Part shown: positions 1 through 9,715 of the stretch, in pieces
How the letters are laid out: each line of letters opens with the position of its first letter
How positions within the stretch are numbered: the stretch's first letter is position 1
The notes under the pieces: model-generated
What the model saw: the letters and a program-made list of their open reading frames with translations, nothing else
Told to the model about the DNA's origin: nothing
Databases searched by the model: none
Program-made: the position numbers and the translations under genes
NCBI GenBank assembly: GCA_028279595.1
Contig: JANQNK010000001.1
Coordinates: forward strand, 96,001 to 160,000
DNA: 64,000 bases
Reading direction: 5' to 3'
Source: Thermoplasmatota archaeon
Lineage (GTDB): Archaea > Thermoplasmatota > JAKEGO01

Positions 1-71
1 ATAATCGTCTATTATCCTTGCTAGGTCATCCGTTTCCATTACGGGCCTATGAAGGGTCTCCTTTAAGATAT

Positions 72-1967
72 TTACGCTCGACCGATCTTGGCCAATCCCT
101 TCGTGGCCTTGACGTCGTTCGGGTCCTTGGTCAGTGCCTCGCGGTAGCACTTCTCGGCCTTGTCATGGTCGTTGAGCTGGCGGTAGGCGAACCCGAGGCT
201 GGTCCAGAGCCTGACATTGTCCTCGTCAGATTTCAGCAGGACCTCGTACAGGCCGATGGCATCGAGGTAGTTGCCAGCGAGGAGCTTTCTGTCGGCGGCC
301 TTCCTGTCGAAGATCCTCATGGTCTCCTCTGGGACGCTGTCCGCCGCTGTGGGCTTCGCGTCTGTTGGGATGACCTTCTTGGGTCTTGGTGGTGCCTTCG
401 TTGGCCTCGGCTTCGGAGCCACTGCCGGGACACCCATCTTCGCCTTCACGCGCTTCCTCCTCTCCTTCGGAGCCCTTACTTCCACGTCCAGCTCATCTTG
501 CGCTGGCGACTCCAACGCCCTGACCTCGGCCAGGCATGCGTCGCGGCCCGCACGGAATTTCGGCTCGTCCCGGTCGAGGATCATCGCCCTCTCGTATGCG
601 ATCACCGCCTCCTCGTAACGGTTCAGCGCACGCAGTGCGATGGCCTTGTTGTTCCAGAAATGCGGATTGTCGGGATCGATCGTAAGCGCCCTCTCGAAGA
701 GGACCAGGGCCTCATCGTACCTGTCCTGTCTGAACAGCTCGTTCCCCGACTCCTTGAGCTTGTCGGCCTCCTCGTTGAGGTACTGCATGAACTGCTTCTT
801 GTCTATCTTCTCGAGCCTCGCCTGGACCGCCTTCTCCGTGGATAGTCCACGGGCCATGTCGGGGATGTACGGCGACTGTTCCACCAGTCCCTCGGAGATC
901 GATCTGGCGTATATGTAAAGGGCAGCGTATCCGACCAGGGAAATGGACGAGATAAGGAAGATGAGGACCCCGATCGGACGTAGGTAGAACACGGTGGAAC
1001 GGAGGCTCACCTCGGCGGGCTCATCCTCCAGGCTGACGATTATTATGGTATAGCGTCCGGGATAGAGGCCCTTGTCCAGCTCGATGTTCGATCCGGTCCC
1101 GAACACCACCGGGTCCTCCCCCGCCCACCTGTAAACGACAACCTCCGTGTGGGCGACGATCTCGTCCCCGAAGAGCAGTACCCGGTAGGAACCCTGGGCC
1201 AGTGATACGAATCCTGTCACGTCCCCGGTGTCATCCCAGTAGACAGTGCAGTTGTCCCTGAAGTCGGGATCGTTCCAGAGCGCTCCAAGCCCGAGTTCGT
1301 TGACGAAATGCAGGTAGGTCGTCTCGTCGACGACGCACATGTCCACAGCCCCCTCGCTCGTGAGCCCGAACCTCCAGGTCTCCGTCGTGTTCCTGACGAC
1401 CATGTTCACGACATTCATCGGGTCGTTGGACGGGAACCCTTCGAAAACGTTCTCGATCCCCGATGGGATCTCGATGATCTCATCCTCCTCGTAGGGAATG
1501 ACGTACAGGTCGAACTTCTGGTCCGACTCGAGCTCTATCGCCACTTCCTGTCTGAAGGTCGGTATCCCGAGGACCCAGAAGCTCATCTCGCCGTAGACCG
1601 GTGGATTGATGGTCTCCTTGTGCTCCGACGGGGTAGTCATCTGGGTCATGATGAGGAGGGGCGAGACGATGAGCATCATCACGACGATGACGAGGACCAC
1701 GGAACGGGAGCGTCCCAGGAACTGGCGCGTCCTTATCCTTGCCAGGAGCGGCACCTCCTTCATCATGAGGTTGAGCTCCTCTCGAAGGAATATGAAGCCC
1801 TCGAAGACGGCGATCACTAGGAAGATCGTCACTGCCCCGAACTTGGCCGCCTGGTCCATGGGCTTCATGATCATCTCGAGGATGAAGAAGAGGAGGAGCG
1901 TCTGTAGGATTAGGAGGAGAATGAATCCCTTCCTGAAGCTCCGGACCCCTCTCGGCATCTCCGTCAC
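72..1967 (-). CDS. Multi-pass membrane protein with extracytoplasmic beta-rich region and C-terminal TPR repeats
   Basis: Three N-terminal hydrophobic helices, one more TM near aa 335-355, then TPR-like repeats (GNELFRQDRYDEALVLFERALTIDPDN; WTSLGFAYRQLNDHDKAEKCYREALTKDP). SD-like GGTGG precedes the GTG. Confidence 0.75.
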   Translation of the reverse strand: MTEMPRGVRSFRKGFILLLILQTLLLFFILEMIMKPMDQAAKFGAVTIFLVIAVFEGFIFLREELNLMMKEVPLLARIRTRQFLGRSRSVVLVIVVMMLIVSPLLIMTQMTTPSEHKETINPPVYGEMSFWVLGIPTFRQEVAIELESDQKFDLYVIPYEEDEIIEIPSGIENVFEGFPSNDPMNVVNMVVRNTTETWRFGLTSEGAVDMCVVDETTYLHFVNELGLGALWNDPDFRDNCTVYWDDTGDVTGFVSLAQGSYRVLLFGDEIVAHTEVVVYRWAGEDPVVFGTGSNIELDKGLYPGRYTIIIVSLEDEPAEVSLRSTVFYLRPIGVLIFLISSISLVGYAALYIYARSISEGLVEQSPYIPDMARGLSTEKAVQARLEKIDKKQFMQYLNEEADKLKESGNELFRQDRYDEALVLFERALTIDPDNPHFWNNKAIALRALNRYEEAVIAYERAMILDRDEPKFRAGRDACLAEVRALESPAQDELDVEVRAPKERRKRVKAKMGVPAVAPKPRPTKAPPRPKKVIPTDAKPTAADSVPEETMRIFDRKAADRKLLAGNYLDAIGLYEVLLKSDEDNVRLWTSLGFAYRQLNDHDKAEKCYREALTKDPNDVKATKGLAKIGRA

Positions 1968-2072
1968 GATCCCACCTTATGCGGATAATCGTGACTCAGC
2001 ATATTAAACCTACTGAGAACCCGGAGACCCCAGAATGCACAAGCATTTATTATCCTGCTACGATTCCGCGTC

Positions 2073-3557
2073 GTGAGCGGATTCGTCGTCCTCATGGTCC
2101 TCGACGGCTGGGGCGTCGCCCCCGAAGGGAGCGGCAACGCGATATCGAGGGCGTCCACACCGTCCTATGACGATCTTCTATCAAGGTGGCCGAACTCGAC
2201 ACTGAAGGCGAGCGGGAACGCCGTCGGTCTCCCTGAGGGACAGATGGGCAACTCTGAGGTCGGGCACATGACCATCGGGGCCGGCCGCATCCTCCTTCAG
2301 CCGTTGAGCAGGATGAACGAGGCCGTCAGGACTGGCCAGTTCGCTGATAACGAAGTCATTTCGAGGGCAATGGACGTTCCAGAGGGGAACAGGCTCCACC
2401 TCATCGCCATGCTCAGCGACGGAGGCGTCCACAGCCACCAGGAGCACTTGTTCCACATGTTGAAGCTCGCACGTGAGAGAGGACTCGAGCCATGGATCCA
2501 TGTCGTGCTGGACGGACGCGACACCCCCCCGAGGTCCGCCCGACCGTACTTCGAGGCGCTTGAGGGGGCGATCGCGGAGCACGGAGGAAGGGTCGCCACC
2601 ATCGCGGGACGATACTTCGCCATGGACCGGGACAACAGGTGGGACAGGACGAGGCTCGAGTACGATGCCATCGTGAGCGCGGAGGGCCCGACGCGTTCGA
2701 ACTGGGAGATTACCCTCGACGATTCCTACAACGACGGGAAGGGTGACGAGTTCGTCGTTCCTGTGGCCATCGACGGATACGGCGGTCTCAATGACGGCGA
2801 CAGCGTGATCATGGTCAACTTCAGGCCAGATCGTATCCGCCAGATATCGGAGGCGCTGACCTCACCATCCTTCGATGGGTTCGACCGCGCATCCCCTCCG
2901 GACATTTCATACACCACGATGATGACCGTCTCGGACGGCACCGTGGGGGAGATCGTCCTGCCGCCGATAACCGTGACTGAGACCCTCGGCGAGATCGTCT
3001 CCCTGAATGGAACGCAGCTGAGGCTCGCGGAGACGGAGAAGTACGCTCATGTGACCTTCTTCCTGAACGATGGCCGGCGCGAACCCTACCCCGGAGAGGA
3101 GAGGGTGCTTGTCCCTTCCCCGAAGGTCGCCACATACGACATGAAGCCAGAGATGAGCGCCAGCGAGGTCGCCGACAACCTCATCGAACGGCTGGACGCC
3201 GGGCACATTCTGATCGTTGTCAACTTCGCTAACCCGGACATGGTCGGGCACACAGGAGACATGGAAGCCACGATCGCCGCCGTGGAAGCGGTCGATTCAT
3301 GCCTGGGCCGTATCAGCTCGGCGGTCGAGGAACGCGGCGGGAACATCGTCCTGATCGCTGACCACGGGAACGCTGAGCAGATGTTCGACGACGATGATGT
3401 AAGGACGGCTCACTCTCTCAACCGCGTCCCATGCATCGTCACTGGCGTCGAGGGAGAGCTCGAAGACGGGGAGCTCCAGGACGTCGCCCCGACGGTGCTC
3501 ACGCTGCTCGGATTGGATGTCCCCGATGGGATGACGGGCCGCAACCTACTTCACTGA
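2073..3557 (+). CDS. gpmI: 2,3-bisphosphoglycerate-independent phosphoglycerate mutase (bacterial-type iPGM)
   Basis: LDGWG, GLPEGQMGNSEVGH, LSDGGVHSH, AETEKYAHVTFF, NFANPDMVGHTG and ADHGNAE motifs. Confidence 0.97.
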   Translation: MSGFVVLMVLDGWGVAPEGSGNAISRASTPSYDDLLSRWPNSTLKASGNAVGLPEGQMGNSEVGHMTIGAGRILLQPLSRMNEAVRTGQFADNEVISRAMDVPEGNRLHLIAMLSDGGVHSHQEHLFHMLKLARERGLEPWIHVVLDGRDTPPRSARPYFEALEGAIAEHGGRVATIAGRYFAMDRDNRWDRTRLEYDAIVSAEGPTRSNWEITLDDSYNDGKGDEFVVPVAIDGYGGLNDGDSVIMVNFRPDRIRQISEALTSPSFDGFDRASPPDISYTTMMTVSDGTVGEIVLPPITVTETLGEIVSLNGTQLRLAETEKYAHVTFFLNDGRREPYPGEERVLVPSPKVATYDMKPEMSASEVADNLIERLDAGHILIVVNFANPDMVGHTGDMEATIAAVEAVDSCLGRISSAVEERGGNIVLIADHGNAEQMFDDDDVRTAHSLNRVPCIVTGVEGELEDGELQDVAPTVLTLLGLDVPDGMTGRNLLH

Positions 3558-4120
3558 TCGGCCTTCGCTTCCGGCCCTGTCTTCAATTCCGCGACCTTTC
3601 TCTTGACGCTCTTGTCGCATATCTTGCAGTAGAAGCCCCTGTCCTTGCGCTCCATCACCTGTCCGCAGAAGGCGCATGTCGATTTTATCACGCCGAGGTC
3701 CGGCGCGTTCAGCTTGATCCTGACCGCAGGTTCGTCCTCTATAACGATCGCCTTGACGATGTCGCCGGGCGCGACCGCGTTCGAGAAGTCCTTGTGGTAC
3801 TCTCCCGAGATCTTCGAGATGTGAAGGGTGGCGTAATCCTCGGTTATGATCGTCCTCGGATTGTTGATGCAGTGCATGATCTCGACCATCGCCATGGAGC
3901 TCCTCGTCATGGCGACCATGCCCACGACGAGGTCCCCTTTCCTCGGAGGTCCGGGCTCGGGTTCGCCCGTCTCCACGCGGACGGTCCTCTCGCTGTCGTC
4001 GATGATCGCTGTCCCCGCCCTGCCGGCGAAAATGGTACCGTCCTCCTCGTAGGTACCCGCCTGTCCGATGTACTCTTCAGATAATCCCAGCTTCTCGCCG
4101 GGAACGACTGGCTTCTTCAT
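3551..4120 (-). CDS. csl4: Exosome complex RNA-binding protein Csl4
   Basis: VVPGEKLG...EEY N-terminus, S1 domain (GDIVKAIV), LGVIKSTCAFCG..C..C zinc ribbon. Start moved to ATG 4120 after SD-like AAGTGA. Confidence 0.93.
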   Translation of the reverse strand: MKKPVVPGEKLGLSEEYIGQAGTYEEDGTIFAGRAGTAIIDDSERTVRVETGEPEPGPPRKGDLVVGMVAMTRSSMAMVEIMHCINNPRTIITEDYATLHISKISGEYHKDFSNAVAPGDIVKAIVIEDEPAVRIKLNAPDLGVIKSTCAFCGQVMERKDRGFYCKICDKSVKRKVAELKTGPEAKADQ

Positions 4121-4124
4121 TGTA

Positions 4125-4478
4125 TCACTTGATCCTCTGGAACCCGCCCTTGCGGTCCCGATCCCCGCTGTCGGTGGTCGCACCGCCCTTGTCGGAGCTT
4201 TCGATGTAATCGACCTCGATGTCGCCCTTGCCGACCATCTGGTTGAACTCCGCGACGATCTCCTCGCTCTCCTTGAGATAGAACTCGACCTTGCCGCACT
4301 TCATGCATGCCCACATCCATATGGGCACCGACATCTTCAGCCACGAGCTCCAGGGCTTCTGCCATGACATGAAGTTCCCCTGGTGGGAGAAGCTCTTCGA
4401 ACGTACTAGTGGCCCGCCGCACTTCTCGCACTTCATGACGCGAAGCGAGGTCTTCTCCGTAACTCCCGTGGTTGCCAT
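4125..4478 (-). CDS. Zn-ribbon protein, probably co-transcribed with csl4
   Basis: CEKCG ... CMKCGKVEFY; ends 4 nt upstream of the csl4 start. Confidence 0.7.
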   Translation of the reverse strand: MATTGVTEKTSLRVMKCEKCGGPLVRSKSFSHQGNFMSWQKPWSSWLKMSVPIWMWACMKCGKVEFYLKESEEIVAEFNQMVGKGDIEVDYIESSDKGGATTDSGDRDRKGGFQRIK

Positions 4479-4576
4479 CAATCCTAGCATAACCGAGTCC
4501 AATATTAATCTTTCCGTGACCAGAACGAAGCGTTCGAGCGAATTCGTTTTAAATATATCGTGTGGGATTGCGGACC

Positions 4577-5320
4577 ATGGCCTTCAACGCAAAGGCCGCG
4601 GCCGGTGCCGCCGTCGCGATCATCGTGGTCCTCGGACTCTACCTGACGATGCCCCTCTCTCCAGAGGAGGATTCGAAGGACACCACCACCGTTGACGCCA
4701 CGATCCAGGCGAACCGCACCGACCTCAGGGTCGGAGCCGAGCTCGTCCTCGACGGCACCCACTCTACAGGGGACATCGTCGAGTACAGATGGAACCTCGG
4801 AGAGGGCTCGAACAGGAACGGAGACACGGTCACACATTCCTACAACGAGGTCGGCAGATATCACGTTTCTCTCACCGTAACGGACGGGGACGGGAAGACC
4901 GACAAGGATTACATCTACGTCAGGGTCTTCTCCGTCGTCTGGTACAACGGGACTGTCAACGCCGACGACCAGGAGGAGACCCACACCTTCGAGGTGATCT
5001 GGGAGGAGCGATCGGAGGCCCCGGTCCAGAAGGCCCAGGGCGCTGACATCCTCGTGACTTACGACGCAACACCGAACGTCGGCGACGAGAACCAACTCAA
5101 CGTCACAGCAAGGAGCCCGGCGGGCGACGTTGAACGCGACAGCCCCGACGAGGAGTGGGAGGAGTCGGGGACCAAGTACGCTAGAATAATCTTCGTCGAG
5201 CAGGAGATGCTCTACCGGGGCGGTGACTGGGAAGTGACGATCAGGTACGACCGCGGTGGTCTGCCCCCTGCCGGCAACTCGGACATCGACTACCACGTCA
5301 GGATCTTCGTGTTCTACTAA
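4577..5320 (+). CDS. Membrane-anchored PKD-domain protein
   Basis: N-terminal hydrophobic anchor; PKD motif LDGTHSTGDIVEYRWNLGEG...HSYNEVGRYHVSLTVTDGDG. Confidence 0.8.
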   Translation: MAFNAKAAAGAAVAIIVVLGLYLTMPLSPEEDSKDTTTVDATIQANRTDLRVGAELVLDGTHSTGDIVEYRWNLGEGSNRNGDTVTHSYNEVGRYHVSLTVTDGDGKTDKDYIYVRVFSVVWYNGTVNADDQEETHTFEVIWEERSEAPVQKAQGADILVTYDATPNVGDENQLNVTARSPAGDVERDSPDEEWEESGTKYARIIFVEQEMLYRGGDWEVTIRYDRGGLPPAGNSDIDYHVRIFVFY

Positions 5321-5422
5321 GTTCAAGAGAATTCATCTTTACCAAACCATATTTATCTCACAATCGTATCCAGATGAGTGAAACCATATCGATTGAGCGG
5401 CCGGGCGAGATCGGGGATTGGT

Positions 5423-6358
5423 ATGGATCTTACATATGGGATACTTCTCCTAGCAGTAACCATCCTACTTGCTTTCGATCCGAGGTTGTTCGTGGATCTC
5501 CAATTATCATTGGTATGGTTATTCATTGCTGGATTCACCGCAATGATATTCTATCATTTCTCGGGCTCGGTGCGAATGAAGACCCTTGAGGTCGATGACC
5601 TCGGAGTTCGACTATTTATCGGCTCTAAGAAGGAATGGGATATACCGTGGAGCGCAATTGACTCAGTTGGATCCTCATCGGTTCCAGGCCGATACCCACG
5701 AGTCGGATTCAGTATCGTTAGTGCCGGAAAGGGCCATTCTGTTAATGACAGGGATCAGATGGGTAACAGAAATGAACTTGAACAAGCCTTTGAGATAATC
5801 GTCAGAAAAGCTACCACCTACAATATCGACATTAATGACACTCTCGGATGGGCTACGGATGTATTACCGACCGATTACATTGAATATAAACAGAGGTTAT
5901 TCGCACATGGCAAAGAAAAATGGCATGACACGGGACAACGAGGAGCATTTGACAATGTATTCCTGTATTTCATACTCTCATTCTTAGTGGTTGGTGTGGG
6001 GATTCTGATTCTCCTTCCGGGATCAGAATTTCAAATTTGGGGATATATGCTGTTGGTACAACCTATGATATTCCTCCCCATTATCCTCTTGATCTATCTA
6101 TCGAGCATTGCTAGCATATGGTTTGATGATACGGGTATCGTGTTACGGTTTCCAAGGGGGAATGATAAGGTCATCAGATGGGGCGATATCAAGAACATCG
6201 GGGCAAACCCGAGAACGGGGTATATCGGAATATCTACATTCAGCGGAAAGGGTTGGGCCGGATTCAAGTTCCAGGAAGATGTTTGCGAAGCCATACAAGT
6301 TCATTTTTCCGCTTTCGAAAAACGGAGGAAATCCGCTCCCGGAAGGGGAAAGTGGTGA
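5423..6358 (+). CDS. Low-GC membrane protein with two (TM-TM + PH-like) units
   Basis: Two helical hairpins, each followed by LEVDDLGV..IPWSAI / IWFDDTGI..IRWGDI type PH-like segments. Codon usage is AT-rich relative to the flanks. Confidence 0.6.
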   Translation: MDLTYGILLLAVTILLAFDPRLFVDLQLSLVWLFIAGFTAMIFYHFSGSVRMKTLEVDDLGVRLFIGSKKEWDIPWSAIDSVGSSSVPGRYPRVGFSIVSAGKGHSVNDRDQMGNRNELEQAFEIIVRKATTYNIDINDTLGWATDVLPTDYIEYKQRLFAHGKEKWHDTGQRGAFDNVFLYFILSFLVVGVGILILLPGSEFQIWGYMLLVQPMIFLPIILLIYLSSIASIWFDDTGIVLRFPRGNDKVIRWGDIKNIGANPRTGYIGISTFSGKGWAGFKFQEDVCEAIQVHFSAFEKRRKSAPGRGKW

Positions 6359-6641
6359 AGGGGGGTTCGTGGGGACCAAATTCGGGTGCAGATGCATAGA
6401 ATATGTCGAATTCCCCCGACACCGGGGCGCAGTAATCCCATGTCGTTTATAAGCTCTTCGGTACATCGCGTAAAAATATCAACCGGGCAATGAATTTTCG
6501 CATCAAAGTGATGCATTATTCTCGGGTCAACCGTTACAGGAATTGGAAATCCCGGTGCCGGAATTAATAATGTCCGGAGCATCCGAGTCGTGTGATTACA
6601 TTTCTTATACCCATTCCGTCATACTCGTCCGAGGTGATCGA

Positions 6642-7124
6642 TTGGAGATAGAACTGATCGACGTCGACAAGCCGGAGGACATGAACTTCATTCTCGGACA
6701 GAGCCATTTCATCAAGACGGCCGAGGACGTCTTCGAGGCGCTGGTCAACGCGGTGCCTGGCATCGAGTTCGGCGTCGCCTTCTGCGAGGCCTCGATGAAA
6801 CGACTGGTCAGGGCGGAGGGGACCTCGGACGAGCTCAGGGACCTTGCCGCGAAGAACGCCGAGAACATCGGCTGCGGACACTCCTTCATCATAATGCTCG
6901 GGAACGTCTTCCCGCTGAACGTGCTCCATGCGGTCAAGGGAGTTCCCGAGGTCGTCGGGATCTTCTGTGCGACAGCGAATCCGACCAAGGTCGTCGTGGC
7001 CGTGGAGGGCGACCAGCGCGGTATCCTCGGTGTCCTTGACGGGTTCAAGCCCCTCGGCATCGAGACGGAGGCTGACGTCGAGGACAGGCGCAAGTTCCTG
7101 CGGGCCATTGGCTACAAGAAGTGA
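6642..7124 (+). CDS. Adenosine-specific kinase / DUF355 family protein
   Basis: NFILGQSHFIKTAED, FGVAFCEAS, IFCATANP, GILGVLDG, RKFLRAIGYK. TTG start 4 nt after GAGGTGA. Confidence 0.9.
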   Translation: MEIELIDVDKPEDMNFILGQSHFIKTAEDVFEALVNAVPGIEFGVAFCEASMKRLVRAEGTSDELRDLAAKNAENIGCGHSFIIMLGNVFPLNVLHAVKGVPEVVGIFCATANPTKVVVAVEGDQRGILGVLDGFKPLGIETEADVEDRRKFLRAIGYKK

Positions 7125-7152
7125 ATTCACTGCCGTCCCGAACGGAGCGTTC

Positions 7153-8241
7153 TCAGTATCTCAACAGAGCGCCGACGCCGCCGAGCTCGTCCAGTGAGGG
7201 CTGTTCCTTGACGAACTCGAGGGCGGTCCTCATCTCGACCGCCTTCTCGGCCAGCTCCTCGACGAGGTCGACGTTCAGGCACTCGGAGCCGCAGTTCGGA
7301 CATTCGGCGCTATCGAACGAGACTATCCTGTCCTTCTCGCACTTCCATCCGGGGACCCTGAGTCCCATCGCGACCACGATGAGGTCCGACCTTCCGGCCT
7401 CCGTCGCCCTGTACGTCTCCTTGATCCCGTAGACCGCAGCGTCTCCCTTCAGGATCGCCGAGACCAGGGCCTCCACGGCCTCCCTCTCCTCGATCGCCTC
7501 CGTCTCGAAGAACATCTCTGTCGCCCTCTCGAGGACCTCCGAATCGGAGGCGTCCCCGGAGACGGGAAAGGTCCCGATGACCCTCCTGCTCAGGTCCTGG
7601 GGAAGACTTCCCACGAAGACCTCGCGGGCTATCCCGGGCCCCGTAACGATGATCCGCCTCACTTCGGTCTTGCCGACCATCTCGTCGAGCGCGTCCTCGA
7701 CATCCTTGAAGAAATGTTTGAGTTCTATGTCCCGGTTCCTCTGGTAGCGCATCTGCGACCATCCGCCCTTCTTGTGGTGGTGGAAGATCGATTCGCTCAG
7801 CTCCCTCCGGCCGGCGATCATCTCGCCCTCGACTATGCTGAGGCGGGCGTGGTTCTCGTCGATGTAGACAACGATGTAGGTCTCGTACTCCTCGTTGTAG
7901 GTCAGAAGGGGAAGTATGTAAGGGGATGAATCGACGACCATCGAGGTGCCCGCGCTCGCTCCGAGCTCGAACACCCTCTCGAACCCGTTCTCAACGGAGA
8001 CGAAGACCGCCGTGGGAGTGGACCTTCCCTTGAGCAGGTCCATCGCCCGCTCCAGGTTCTTCTCGAAGGGGTCCCGGAGGTCCCTCCTCTCGCGCAGGGC
8101 CTTCGATATGTCCGATGCCCTCCTGTAGAGGGCGGACTCGTTCGTCCTCACCGTCGGGTCCGAGTAGACCGACAGATATCGTGGGGATTCGTCGTAGGTT
8201 TCCGCTAGCTCAAGTAGTTCGTCGCGTTCGAGCAAGTTCAT
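7153..8241 (-). CDS. aeRF1-related release-factor paralogue (baeRF/VLRF1-like, GGWSQ)
   Basis: HHKKGGWSQMRYQR in place of GGQ; eRF1 domain-3-like AVYGIKETYRA, Zn ribbon CEKD..CPNCG, LGGVGALLRY C-terminus. Confidence 0.85.
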   Translation of the reverse strand: MNLLERDELLELAETYDESPRYLSVYSDPTVRTNESALYRRASDISKALRERRDLRDPFEKNLERAMDLLKGRSTPTAVFVSVENGFERVFELGASAGTSMVVDSSPYILPLLTYNEEYETYIVVYIDENHARLSIVEGEMIAGRRELSESIFHHHKKGGWSQMRYQRNRDIELKHFFKDVEDALDEMVGKTEVRRIIVTGPGIAREVFVGSLPQDLSRRVIGTFPVSGDASDSEVLERATEMFFETEAIEEREAVEALVSAILKGDAAVYGIKETYRATEAGRSDLIVVAMGLRVPGWKCEKDRIVSFDSAECPNCGSECLNVDLVEELAEKAVEMRTALEFVKEQPSLDELGGVGALLRY

Positions 8242-8246
8242 CCCTC

Positions 8247-8549
8247 CTAGGATTTGATTATCGCGATCAGGAACACTCCGGCAGCCAGTATGGCCCCGAG
8301 GATGACGCCGATCACGACCATGGCCGCGTGGAAGATGTCCACATCCTCGAAGAAGAACCCTTCGACGTCCGCTATCAGGACGTAAGAGTAAAGGGCTATG
8401 ATCGCGAGGCCGATCACAAGGAACACACCACCGATCTTGCGGGTCTTCCCCGCGCCGAAATAGAGGGTGAAAGCGCCAGCGAAGAGCATCAATATCGAGA
8501 ACGATAACAGGAAGACTGCTCCTATTACTTCAATGGGTCCAGCGCACAT
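8247..8549 (-). CDS. Small three-TM membrane protein
   Basis: Three hydrophobic helices, GAFTLYFGAGKTRKIG motif, SD GGAGG. Confidence 0.7.
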   Translation of the reverse strand: MCAGPIEVIGAVFLLSFSILMLFAGAFTLYFGAGKTRKIGGVFLVIGLAIIALYSYVLIADVEGFFFEDVDIFHAAMVVIGVILGAILAAGVFLIAIIKS

Positions 8550-8640
8550 TTTCTATCCCTCCCGACCAAATCGCCGTTTGGTTATTAAACCTTTTTGGGA
8601 CAGGGATATAATGGGTGTAGGGGATGGTGAGCCGATCGAA

Positions 8641-9384
8641 ATGGAGATACCCGAGGACCACCCGAGATACCTGTCGCTGACGTCGCGGGAGAGGATAGCC
8701 GACGGCGTGGAAGCAGGGCTCGTCGACCGGACGGGGCTCATCGCCCACGGCAGGGGAGAGGCCTTCGACTACCTCCTCGGGGAGACGACCATCCCTCCCG
8801 CAGAGATGGCCACCAAGGCGGCTGCTGCAGCACTTGTGCAGGCGGACTCGTCCGTCATCTCCGTGAACGGAAACACAGCTGTCCTTTCCGGGGAGGAGAT
8901 CGCCTCGATGTCCAGGATCCACGACATCCCCGTCGAGATCAACATCTTCCACCGCACCGAGGGGAGGGTCGCACGACTGGTGGACCACATGAAAGGCTTC
9001 GGGCTCGACGACGTTCTCGGTATAGATCCCGATGCAACGATACCCAACCTCGCTCAACCGAGGGCGGCCTGCTGCGAGGTCGGGATATACAATGCCGACG
9101 TCGTCCTCGTTCCGCTCGAGGACGGCGACAGGGCCCAAGCCCTGAAGGGGATGGGAAAGACCGTCATCACTATCGATCTCAATCCTCTTTCCAGGACCGC
9201 CAGGACGGCCGACATCACCATCGTCGACAACGTCGTCAGGGCCATCCCGAACATCGACGAGGCCATGTCCGAGATGTCAAGGGAGGAAGCGCAAGGGATA
9301 CTCTCAGCCTTCGATAATGGTGACAATCTGAAGGAAACGATGGAGTTCATCGCCCGCAGGATGTCCGCGGGCGACGATCGCTGA
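8641..9384 (+). CDS. 4-phosphopantoate--beta-alanine ligase (archaeal phosphopantothenate synthetase)
   Basis: IPEDHPRYLSL, GLIAHGRGEAFDYLLGE, SVNGN, VPLEDGDR, IDLNPLSRT. Confidence 0.95.
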   Translation: MEIPEDHPRYLSLTSRERIADGVEAGLVDRTGLIAHGRGEAFDYLLGETTIPPAEMATKAAAAALVQADSSVISVNGNTAVLSGEEIASMSRIHDIPVEINIFHRTEGRVARLVDHMKGFGLDDVLGIDPDATIPNLAQPRAACCEVGIYNADVVLVPLEDGDRAQALKGMGKTVITIDLNPLSRTARTADITIVDNVVRAIPNIDEAMSEMSREEAQGILSAFDNGDNLKETMEFIARRMSAGDDR

Positions 9385-9440
9385 GAAAACTCGAGGATCC
9401 GTATCAGAGTACGGTATTTATCACGATAATGACCACGAAG

Positions 9441-9482
9441 GGAGAGCGGACCGCCTGTCCCCCGACCCGCCGGCCGCTCTCC
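9441..9482. terminator. GC-rich inverted repeat between convergent genes
   Basis: GGAGAGCGG (9441-9449) / CCGCTCTCC (9474-9482). Confidence 0.45.
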
Positions 9483-9495
9483 GTTGTGATCCTTC

Positions 9496-9591
9496 TCACT
9501 CGATGTTGATCAGTTCGCCCTTGACGAGCACGTAGTGTTTCGGCTTGATCAGATCGAACCGGACCATCGCGAACTTCTTTTCTTTCACCAT
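9496..9591 (-). CDS. 31-aa microprotein MVKEKKFAMVRFDLIKPKHYVLVKGELINIE (not in ORF track)
   Basis: Hand-translated. Strong SD GAGGAGG upstream, TATA-like TATTAAAG at 9670-9663, host-like codon usage, downstream hairpin. Confidence 0.55.
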   Translation of the reverse strand: MVKEKKFAMVRFDLIKPKHYVLVKGELINIE

Positions 9592-9715
9592 TTTTTGTCC
9601 CCTCCTCTTAGAACTACTACACACCCCTCCTTTAAGTCGAGATTAGTGCGGTCTTTTTACATCTTTAATAGACATTGGTCCGATGTTTTGACATCAGCGG
9701 GGAAGAACACACTTT

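Noticed and set aside
8611-8643. ATC at GGTGA+4 as the start of phosphopantothenate synthetase
   Set aside because: An in-frame ATG two codons later matches the family N-terminus, so no non-canonical start is needed.
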